The position numbers and the translations under genes are program-made. The notes below the pieces were generated by a model. The model saw only the letters and a list, made by a program, of their open reading frames with translations. It did not search any database and had not been told where the DNA came from. A stretch of DNA of 64,000 nt from Trichinella spiralis. Lineage: Eukaryota. The stretch covers positions 9,470,849 through 9,534,848 of the forward strand of contig NW_003526943.1 in the NCBI RefSeq assembly GCF_000181795.1, read 5' to 3'. Shown here one piece after another: positions 52,492 through 64,000 of this stretch; the stretch's first letter is position 1; each line of letters begins with the position of its first letter.

Positions 52492-54454
52492 CTAGCTCAA
52501 ATTTAAGATATTTGCATACAAACCAACAACTGTTGAAACAATTCCAATAAAAATTAAAAAAACGTTTTTCCCATAAAACCACCATTTGTGCAAACTCGAC
52601 CAACTGAATGCATCATCATAGTAAATGATAATGGCAATTATCGGTGGAAATACATAACCCAAAACTATTCCAGCAGTAACGCCAACAAAAGGAATAATTT
52701 TTTCAAGATTTGGAATGGCGATTGCCAGAAAATCTTAAAGTAAAAAAATAATAATTTATGGATATATATGTACATATATTAAAAAATACAATTCTATTTC
52801 ATTACTCACATGTTATAAGAACTAATGAAATACGCAAAGCAAATTCCATGATGAATAAAATGCGTTCTTGAGAGAAACGAATCTTTCGTTGTATGGCCGG
52901 CCAAAGCATTTCAACAACCACGTACAGCTGAATTGGATAACTTATGAATACTGATATCATGAGCAATATTTTAACCAATTCATAAAGCCTAAAAACGTTA
53001 TATATAATTACAGAATTTCCATTTCTGGAAAAACAAATCAAGCAACCAAAATTACCATGTATCTGGCATGTTTAACGTGATGCTTCCTTTGACTTCGTTG
53101 CCAAAAGTGGCATATCCAAAGAAACCTGTGGCTGCATAAACGCAAGTAACAATTGACATGGAAACTGACAAAACGCCGTTCCAGCCAAGCATATCTTTCG
53201 GGTTTTTCATTTTATTTTCCAAAGGTAATATCTGAATAAATTATTGCTAAAACAAACAAACAAACAAACAAACAAACCTATGAACTTAATTCAAATGAAA
53301 AATATCAAATTAAATTTTTTTAAATAACTCAAAAAATTTTTTGCTTTCACTTACCACCGCTTGCCCTTCAAATGCATATAGCATAGATCCTATAGCTAAC
53401 ATGAGACCTTGCAAATTGGTATAGCCCGGAAGGGAAGCAATACGATTAGGTGGAGACAGGACTTTTTGAAAAATAATAAAAAAAGCAATTAGCATGAAAA
53501 TGTTGGCAAAAGTGGCCAACAATGACAATGTTCGTAAATGACGAATCAAAGAGATTAGAATTATAAACACCAACATTATGCTTGCGTACACAATCAAACT
53601 AAGAGGAACAGTTTGGAAGTTGTGCTCAATTACCTGAAATTAAAAAAATGAAACAAAAAATTAACAATTCATTACAGACATTTAATGAAGTACTTCTTTG
53701 AAATGCTCAGCCAAAAATACAATCTGAACACTGCAAACACCAAGCTGGAAAACGCAAATCAAGAAGTTTGTTATATAACTAAAGAAGATGCAATAAACGT
53801 TTATTATAAAATGAAAAATATTCAACTAATAAATAGATATACAGTGCCGTTTTGCTGTAGTTTCGCACCGCAATGGGGCCGTAGTCAAAAGCTTTCTTAG
53901 CCAGATGTCCATAGTCCAATTCCAAGTGACCAGTTCTGAGTAAATGAATGAAACACTTATGTAATATACAGAAGTAAAATTTTTTACTTGGAACATAATA
54001 GCTGGGCACACTGGACTAGCATCAACATACAATACGCACTTGAAAAACCAATTACAAAAATTAGCATTAAGCTCATCTAAACAGTAAATATCGTAAATTT
54101 CAATGGTTAATTGATGATATAATATTTGAATTTAAAAAATTCAAACAAACTCTTAGAAACATACCCAAAGACCAGCCATTTTAAATGATACAGGTAAAGC
54201 AAAACAACCAGGACCAACCATGCAACGCAAAATGTTCATTAAAGTTCGTGGACTTCTAACAAGTAAATGAAAAAATATAATACAATAGATACAAATAATA
54301 ATAATTCTTAATATTATATGATGTACGAGACAAGATGAGCTGCATTTCTTTCATTGGCTATTTCTTGGCACAACGGTGCTGCTTGTGAATCTGTTTGGAG
54401 AGAATTGTCAGATCCACTCGCTTCAACAAAGTTGTCGGAGTTTTCATTTTCCAT
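52492..54454 (-). CDS. Proton-coupled amino acid transporter (SLC36/PAT family), about 9 exons
   Basis: TLMNILRCMVGPGCFALPVSFKMAGLW, LDYGHLAKKAF, QLGVCSVQIVF, LRTLSLLATFAN, GSMLYAFEGQA, LENKMKNP, GFFGYATFGNEVKGSITLNMP, ISYPIQLYV, LAIAIPNLEKIIPFVG. An additional upstream exon is possible. Confidence 0.92.
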
Positions 54455-54984
54455 AGCCTGAAAAATATATATATAATACAACCTATTTTACAAGATAAAC
54501 AAGCAAACTTATATATTAAATATGCTTTAATGCAACACTGGAAATTTTTAATGTTTAACAAAATATATATGTAAAAATGCCTAATTTTAATATAACAAAA
54601 TAAAATTAAGCTCAAAGCTGAAATATAATCATTATTAAAAATTTCCCAATCATTTTTTACATAATCATTCATATTAATAATTTTCTTATTAAAACTCTTG
54701 AATTTATCAGTTAGAACAACAAAATATATTCTTCTGTACAACGTGGAGATTTGGAATTTGAGATGTGTGAAGTATTCAAAAAGGTTTAATTACAAAATTC
54801 AAAATTAAATCGCTAAATATAGCTTGTGATTCCCCGTTGTAAGTACGAAATTTGTCACTGCATGCCAGCTAAACAAATAAACAGCCAGTAAAATGTCAGT
54901 TTATGAATTCGCCATTATGCTGATGATTCAATGTATTTGTTTATTGGTGAATTGAACAGGCAACACAACTTTAACGCAACAGTA

Positions 54985-54988
<4 letters not shown>

Positions 54989-55020
<32 letters not shown>
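54989..55020. repeat. (AT)16 microsatellite
   Basis: Perfect dinucleotide run. Confidence 0.95.
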
Positions 55021-55022
<2 letters not shown>

Positions 55023-58000
55023 ATTCATACATCCATATACGTGTATATAAATTAAACTTTCTACAAATATTGGGCATTTAAATTCTTAATACTTCATATT
55101 TAGTCTGGATTTAATTTTTATTCTGTATTGTACTTTAATAAAAATATCACATTATTTCATAAAAATAACTTTTATTATAAAATGTAATTTTCGATAGATG
55201 CTAGCATTTCTTTTACAGATAACTTCAATAAACTTTAGAATATAGCATTGATTGAATTACATTCTAAAGAAAGAGTAATTTAAAACTATTGGAAACATTA
55301 ATTTAAGATAAGAATGATCTAAACAGTTTCAATTTTCAAAATTATCTTTAATTAAATATAAATCTGAAATAAGCAGCTTTTACAATACATAAAACAATTT
55401 CATGCTAACAAGGAAATAATGTTTTAAAATCTACAGTTGCACTGTATATTGCAAATCATGTAAAAATATAAATTACCCTCAGTTAAAAAATTAAAATAAT
55501 TTGATTAATTTAAACTAAGAAGCTCGAATAATGAATACAATCGTAACACCAAATTTATTTATAATAAGATAAAAATTTTAATTGTTCAATTTTTGAATGT
55601 ACATTTCAAACCAAGGTCGATGTAAATTAGACAAATTTTTATTTTGAAAATTATAAAATTATCTTTAGAACAAAACAAGAAAAGCATTCATTACTTCTTA
55701 AAAAATTTATTGCATTTCCTGAGATTTAAGATTCAGTCAAAAAGATTTAAGTTCAACTTCATTTGTCATTGTATAAAAACCTCAATATCTATTAAAAATG
55801 CAAAACATCACCATTATGTTTAAATTTTTAATTATATATAAAAGACTGCTCATCGACGTAACAAAACATTGATTCTGTGCAGCTTGCAATGTGTTCATTT
55901 GAAAGCGAAGCATTCACACCACTTTTACATAAAATTCAAAAGTAACGATGAAAAAAAACAACTTCAATTATTATATTAAAGGAAATCAGATGCTAATATC
56001 AATACTTCAAAAAACACTATATAATGAAATGACTGTATTTAATAATCTGCTGTGATTATTTGTTTTCACCCATCGACTGAGTAGCCCATATTAAATTGAA
56101 ATAATCGTTATGAATGAATCATCAAATGAACACAAAAAACATACAATAATGAAACATACAATAAACGTTTTAGTATCAAGATAATATTTTACTTGAAATA
56201 TCTTTAAACACATACGTACAGAAGTAAAAAGTTCAACAAAATGCACGCTTGAAATCGATCATTTCGAATCGATTCAAATTTTAGATAAAATTAACTAAAG
56301 AAGACAAAACTTTTTACTGAAAATAGTGATTCCATGCTACTAAAACTTCAAAGATTGTTAAGCGCAGAGCATGATTAATTGAAAATAAATTCATGATATT
56401 GAATTTCAATAAAACTGCTAGCTACATAGGCTATTCGCACAGTCAACTGCGCAGCAAATTTTCGATTTATTCGCACTAGCAATATAAAAAGTAGCAAAAC
56501 AAAATCACACATGAACTAACAATTAACAAACTAAGCTGACAAAAAGTTACTATGAATAAAAAATTTAAGAAAAAGCATTGAGCATTGCCAAAATCAGAAT
56601 AATCATTCATAAATTTCAGTGCCGGACGCTAATAAGAGGCAATGATTGCTCACATTCAGAGCTCACAAAGCAAGCTCATGCTCACCGTCAGATGATTTAG
56701 TGTTCGTTTTGCATCTCGGTGATAATAAAGATTATTTAAATAAATGCTTTCGAATGCAACTTGAAAATATCACAAAATGTAATGTCATTTAAAATTAAAA
56801 CAGAATGGATATATTCATTTTAATCAAAAGAAATATATCTCTTCAAAGAACTAAACAACAAATATGTAAATAACAAAAAAGAAGTTCAAGGTTAAATTAT
56901 TTTGGCTACTGAGAACTATTTGCTTGTGCGTTTTAAAAATACAGCAAAAAAATTAATAAAATTACAAATATGCATCCTAGATGTGCCATAATTTTTATTT
57001 TATCAATTTTTGAATTACCTAAAATATCAGATGACAGTGAACCGACAGAAGCTATTCGAGAAGTGTTACTGCAAAATACGGTATATAAAATAGTACTTAA
57101 CTATACTTACAGCAAGCAGTTTATGTTATGAATGCTGCTGAGTTGCTTTATTAATTATTAAAAGTTTCTCAGTTGTACACGTCTTTATATTGCATGATTT
57201 AATAAATATAAAATTTCATTACGGAATTCTTTACTTTTGTTCTACATTACTTTATTTAAAAAGTTTCCCTTTAATTTGTGAAACATTATTCCTACCGTTA
57301 CTTATTTTTTAATTATATTATTATTAATTTTTTTAAATTTTGTACGGCTCATGTGTCATTACCATTTTTTACGTAACATTTTTTGATATTGATGTTTCAA
57401 GTTTACTGTGCTTTAATTGTCTGTTATTGTTTAAATTCTAGATACAAATTTTCATTTTCTACTTTTCTGTTACACTTTAATTATAATAATTTTCAATATT
57501 AAACTTTGTTAACGAAAGTAGTTACTTCAATAAATTAAAAATAAGAACTACTAAAAAATAAAGCAGATCTACAGGTTCAATCTACCGTATATGCACTTCT
57601 TTGTAATTCAAACGGACCGTTTTCAACGTTCTTTGATGTTTGCAAATAAACTAGAGACAAGAGAACGGATTTGTATTCAAATTTGAGCGCACTTATGAAA
57701 TGACGACGCCTGTACAGCAACTGTAATCCGCTGCTGGTCGACTTTCTCAGATTATGTTATACCGCTTTTCTTGTATATATATATATATATCAAAAAGAGA
57801 TCATCATATGATAATGATCTGAATTAGATTCAGAATCTTTGCTGGATTGTACTCAGGTCGCCAATTCAAGGTAATTGGTCATCTTCCGCTTGGCGCGTGG
57901 TTAAAGCAAGATGACGAGAGTTCAGCTCTTTGTTTACATGTTCAGCGACTTTTCCATTCACTTGCCGCATTTGCTTTTCATCACACTCGACTGGATGTTG

Positions 58001-61000
58001 CTGTACTTGAGCCGAAGCGACTAATTGCTTTTAGTAAGTCAATGATATTTTGGTTATGAAAATTTTCATAGTCGCTTCAACTTGCGTGGCAAAAAAGTAA
58101 TACATCTTAAAGCGTAGTATCGTAGTAGGCACCGTAATTTTTAACTTAAAATAAAGTATTAATCGAGTACTGTAGTTCCGGTATGACAATTCTTGAAATA
58201 CTTGTTAATTGTTTTGATCTATTTTGAAGAGTTAAAAGATTGTTGTATTTGCATATGCCATTTCTTAATAAAAGTATGTATGTATTGATTACATTAAAAC
58301 TGTAATTTGGTTAAATGAAATTTCTTTTTTTATAAAGAAAAAATAGCAAGAGTAACGAGTTTATTGGTTAATTGATTTGTCCTTTTTGATTTGGTTAAAT
58401 GGTGAAAGAAATACAGAATGTGCAATTTTGGAGTTTTATTTTGGGCTTAGAACGACAAGTTGTACACGATTTAGGCGTTTTGAGTATGTTGCCTTTATTA
58501 CTATCTAAGGCTTAAGTGAAATGTTTTGATAAAGCAAAAGTGTATTTAAATTTGAAAAAAATATATACTTTAGTACTTTGAAGAATTTTGTAGTGGGTTT
58601 ACTTTTCATGTTCCCCTGAAGTTTCAAAGTGAAATGCATATTCATATGCAGAAAAGTACGAGCGAACTCTGATGTGCATGTTTACATTAATATGTTCACT
58701 TTCATAAATATGTTGTTGAACTTGAATCGTTCAACTTATTATTAGCGGTTTTGCTTTACTTTTTAAATCTATCGATAGATAGATAGATGGTAAGTGAGTT
58801 GTTGTATTATACAAGATGACTTTTTTTATGATATCGATGTTTTTTGGCTTTTCATGTCAAATTCTGTTGCCATATTAGTTTCATAAAAGTGCAGGTTATA
58901 TTTCAAAACATTTCTCACGGCAATAGTTTTCTAATGTTTTTTTGTTTTTTTGAATTACAAATAAATTGTAGAATAATAATTGTGACACGTATGATGTTAA
59001 AATTAATAATTAAAATATTTTAATTTGTGAATATATATTATGTTTTTCTTTGTTTGATATAATCTACTGTTGTTATTTAATGTTAAGTTCAGTTGAATTA
59101 ATTTTGGTGTTATGTCAAATAATTTGCATAGAAAATTTAGCTAAATTTGCGCCATTAATTCGTTTAAATAGTGAAGAAAGAGTGCAAATTGGTCGGGCAT
59201 ATTAGCAAGTGATTTTATAAAATCAAATGCACATTTTTATCAGATAATGGTGAGAAAGAGACAAAATCGTTTTTCTTTTTAGATCGATGCTCGAGTAATT
59301 ACGGTATTTTTGATGCTTTGTGTAATTTCTTTTTATTGCGCTATTCTCGCTGCCCTTTGCTTTCTATTTTTAGCAAGTGGAGGTGCATTGATCCAAATGG
59401 ATCGTTAAACACCCCAACCACCACGGTCTTGGTTAGCTATAAGATTCTATTCTGCCTTTTTTGCCTTTTCTTTTTCTCTTCTTAGCTTTTACTCTGTCTA
59501 GATTTGAAAATTGAAATTTTGCTTATAAACGGAAAAGCTCCACTTTGTCGATCGTTTTATATTATTATTGCAATTTGAACGTCATTTTATTCTTTATAAT
59601 ATTTATTTATTCATTTATATACATATATATACATGTATTTTTTTGCTTCCGTAAGTGAATAAGTTGCTTAATGACAAAAATTTGCTAATCTCTCTCTGAG
59701 GAGTGGGACATTATTTCAATTGCACTTTATCGACAACAATGCTACAAGAAAATTGATGCTCTTTGAGATTGATTTGAAATGTTTTTTTAATTTTATGCAT
59801 TCCAGATAATTACTAATCCACTTTTTGTCAACGTAATCAGAGGAAACAGTATTTTCATCGTAAATTTGTGGCCAAAATACTTTCTAATCTTTGTATAAGT
59901 AGAGGCTTCATTGTATGAAAACGAATAACTTTCTTATTGAAAAATAGAAAGAAACTATGATTTTTTGTAATTTTTTCCTTCCATTTTAATTCAAATTTTG
60001 TGGTGCCATTTTTTATTTTCCCATTTCTTTCGGTATGTATTTTTTTCCACCTAATCTCGAAAATTAAATTCACATGTTCAACATGATGAAATGAAAAATT
60101 CATCATTTATTGGATAATTTATCAGTAGTATACCTTGAATTTGTCGAAACATTCAAAGTTGCTGTCAGAGTGGAATGTATTTCAACATTCATTCACTTAT
60201 TAACATAAAGTATGCAATGTTTTTAGATGGGAAATTTTGTTGAGAAAATAAAATGTGTAATCAGAGTTTTTTAATATTAATTTTGTATGGAGTGGACTAT
60301 TGCAAAATGAAGCTTTCTACATGTATTCGTTTATTTTATTTATTGTTTTGTTAGCGTTCCTCTTTACAGGGCATCGATTCTTCTTAAATTTGTACGATAA
60401 AAATTAAAAAGAAATATTCCATTTGAATGAGTTATTAAATTATATATATGATTTCAAAAATGTGCAAAATACCTCACTCATATAGTTTAATGTATATTAT
60501 TTAATGTGATGTATTTTTCATTATATAAATAGTTTTTTTGTTAATATATGTATATATAGTAGAGAAAAATAAATGAATTACTTGAAAAATTTTCATTCAA
60601 TACAATACTGCTGATGGTGATGATGATTGAGCATTTGGATAAATTGGTAAAGTATTTCAGCACTGAATTTTTCTTGTGATTTGTTTTTACGCTTTGCTAA
60701 TTGAACACAGTGTAATTAGATTAGAAAATTGCGAAATTGGGTACAGATGCTTTGATGATAATGATGATGATGTTGAACGGCAATTTCAGAAGCGATAAAT
60801 CGTTGATTTTTTCAAATTTGCACGTTTCTTCACAACAATTAAGCAAGCAATTGCACATCTACAAATAACATATAGTTCAGCATGTAAAATTACTAAAAAT
60901 GAACAATTATTATTTTTCTTTTTAAAATACTGTTTTTCATTTTTATAATGTATATTATGAATAATAATAATAATAATAAATTGCTCATGGTCTGTTGATC

Positions 61001-64000
61001 ATCATTGATGCGAATAATTGCATAAAAAGAGCAAAATTATAGATTGATATTTGTTATTGGTAGTATTTTGTTTAGTTCGCTTATTATTCTTATTATTTAA
61101 AATTTAAAAACTTCTTCAGCTCAATTTTCAAGCATTTTTATGTATATTATGCAGAGTAAATGTTCAGCATTTTATTATGACTGAATTTTCATATCATCTG
61201 TTTCCAGACAATCGATAACAACAACATTAATAACCAATATCCATTTGAAACGTTCAGCATTATTTCTTTGTTTTCTTTTTGGAATAGTTTAATAATTTTG
61301 TTTAAAATATAATTGCTTTTTATTGACAAGAAAACAACAAAAAACTGTCAATTAGCAAGAATTTTCTTATTTCACAAACGTGGATTGTATTCGTTTTTTT
61401 TGAAGGGGTGGAATAGGGCTTGAATATTTTGCAAAGAATGAATGAAACAGAATTTTATCAGTTTATAGTTTTTTATTATTTTCAATGAATACTTTATTAT
61501 TTGAGCACTGTTGAAAGTGTGAAATACAAAATGTGCAAAATTTTGCAATTCTGTATTTTTAAAATTCAATATTGAACTTATTTAATGATGTTCCATTTGA
61601 TGCAAACGCCCAGCTACTGTGTTCTCTGTGCAAATGTTTGTCGGATGTATTTGTTTTTTTATCACTTGGATGTTGGAATTTTTTTTCGAAAAAGAAATTA
61701 ACAACAATTAAATTGGCCTAAAAATAGAAAATGTACTGTTTTATTGAACAATTTGAAAATATATTTGAACGAAAAGTAATGATAATAATAATAGAATAGG
61801 TTGAATATTCAAATATTCATTGGACAACTTTTGACATTTTCATAATGCATTTATATCTGCTAGCAAGTTAATGATCTTTGTCATATATTGCAGCGATTTA
61901 TTTGATTTTACGTGCGCATTATAATTAATTGCCCATTGCGCTCTTTAAATTAAAATCACCGTACAATTTTAGTGTTTGTGTGTGTGTGTGTGTGGCCATG
62001 TTTTGTCATGTTATATCAATTCAATGAGAACAAATAACTCTTTTGATATCACGGAACGATTGACTTTGCCAAGTAATTTTCACCTTCAGGTGATGCATGC
62101 GCTTTTTTTTTCATATTTAATATTTATTGAAGGAAAAAATTTTTTCCATTTATTAATTCACCAAATAATTATGTATTCGTCGAATAAGGGGAAAAAAAGT
62201 TGAAAGCTTGGATTGGACAATGTTTGTTGAATTGTTTGTTCATCGTCATCATCATTTGTGTTGTTTGCATATTTGCTTAGCGCTTATGAATTTGCATTTA
62301 ATAAGCTGATTTTGCAAACCTTCTCACACGGCAACCAAGCACCGTTTTTCGCACTTGTTATTATTTTTCATTAAAACTTGTGTGTGTATTATTTTTTTGA
62401 AAATTTTCTTTTGGTCGATTTTCAATGTTAATTTCTGAATTTTCAAAATGAAAAAAATTTTCTCTCTCACTCTCTCTTAATTCAATCGTCTTATTGTCTT
62501 ATTTTTTGATAAGCTTAAGGTAAATTTAGTCGGATTTTCGGTAATAATTTTTTCATTTTATTATTTTTCAAAATGTTTCGCATTGGTGAACATTGAAGTC
62601 AGTTTTCATATTTCACAGGTGAAATATTAAATGATGGCGATAATTGGAATAACAATAATAAAGTTGAATATGCTCGATAATATTATTATTACTTCAGTGA
62701 ATTAATTTAATGCAAACAACTTGAACCAGTTTGCTGCAAAATGTTCACTTATACTTTAGCGTTGCTTGAAAATGAAATTCCAGCTATATGAAGTGGACAA
62801 GTTTTCTATAATTATACCTAGCGAACAATAATTGTCTTCCATTCACATTTGACTTGTACAATCTCGATATCGACCGTTGAAAGTAGTTGATTTTTAAATT
62901 TATATTATATTTTTCTTAGCTGAACTGTATGCATTTGCACTTTCATTATTAGCATTATACCGTGCCTGTATGCTTGTTGTAATGTTAAATGGTAATAATG
63001 GTCAAGGTTTATTTTTATTTTTATTCGTTGTTTTGTTGAATTTGGACCATTTTTTATGCTAAATTTATTCAGTCACTTAAAAGTGCAACATCTTGGGAAA
63101 GTGATGTCGGACAGACAGAGGGAGATGCTGAGAGAGGGGGAGGGGGGGGGGGAAGAAATATGCCTTGGAGTGTGCTTGATTAGTTTTCCAATTTTGCACA
63201 ACCAATTTCAATTAAACGGATGGATAGGATATATTGTGATTTTTTTTGTGTATTCGTTTTTTTTGATTAACAATTCAGAGTCGATCAGTTCAATTATTGG
63301 AAGACGAATAGAAGAGAGAACACACTGGAAAGAGTGAAGCACAGTGAGGTGTGTGTGTGTGTGTGTGTCTGGGGTGTGGCTGCTGCTACAGCATTTCCGC
63401 TTGTGGCAATATCGATGCAGGGATAATTTGCACGGATCGATCCTTGCCAATTCAGGTTTGCAAAATTGAGTAACAAAATTATTGCCCGACTTACTTCACA
63501 ACAGAAAACTGTTCCGTTCACATCGGAATCAACTTTTCATAAGTTCAATTTAGCAAAAGAAAAATATTAAAATTATTATTATTTTTTTCGTTGATGAATA
63601 ATAATAATAATAATTTGTAAAGAAAAAGCTATTTTCCACGTGTGCGTTAGCCTCTTTATCTGTCTGTGCGTGAATTTCATTTGGCCAGTTTTCATCTCGT
63701 CAATTATGATTCATTGCATTTGTTCATAAATTTGTCAGTATAATTCTCCGATGAATGCCAAGCATTGACATTTTTGCCATGGCCGAACTGTCTGAAGTGG
63801 AAATTGCGTTTCTATTTTGCAAAATCGTTCAGACAAATCTCTTCTCTCTTCCAATCAGACACGCGTTCGACTTGCTTCCCATTGTTCAACCACAGACATG
63901 CATGCACGCATCAGCACCACCAACAAGCAGCACTGTTCCTGGTAGCATTCCCTTCTGGCACTTTTGTTTGTTTGTTTGTTTGTTTGTTGGCTTTTTGAAT

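Overview
AT-rich eukaryotic genomic DNA with many short (~50-80 nt) GT-AG introns and TTTCAG/TTTTAG acceptors. Gene content and intron style point to a nematode, probably a clade I species such as Trichinella (inference). There is no prokaryotic system or CRISPR array. By splicing exons by hand I can support these genes: an FBXO31-like F-box gene, a >25-exon INCENP-like gene, an orphan nuclear-type protein, choline/ethanolamine kinase, the 3' end of a phospholipase B-like gene, sepiapterin reductase, RPF1 (Brix), a VWA-mucin-TM surface protein, a complexin, a GT10 alpha-1,3-fucosyltransferase, an SLC36 amino acid transporter, two small secreted-protein genes, tRNA-Phe(GAA) and tRNA-Val(AAC). 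Decayed mobile elements include two hAT, two piggyBac (one with both termini, inside an RPF1 intron), a rearranged Gypsy-type LTR element and candidate solo LTRs. There are two assembly gaps. The most interesting leads are an INCENP IN-box lacking the TSS activation motif, an uncharacterised amidated/disulfide neuropeptide-like precursor, a complexin with a candidate CAAX exon, the intronic piggyBac in RPF1, and a cluster of nuclear-receptor half-sites. All family assignments come from motif recognition by eye; no database search was run.
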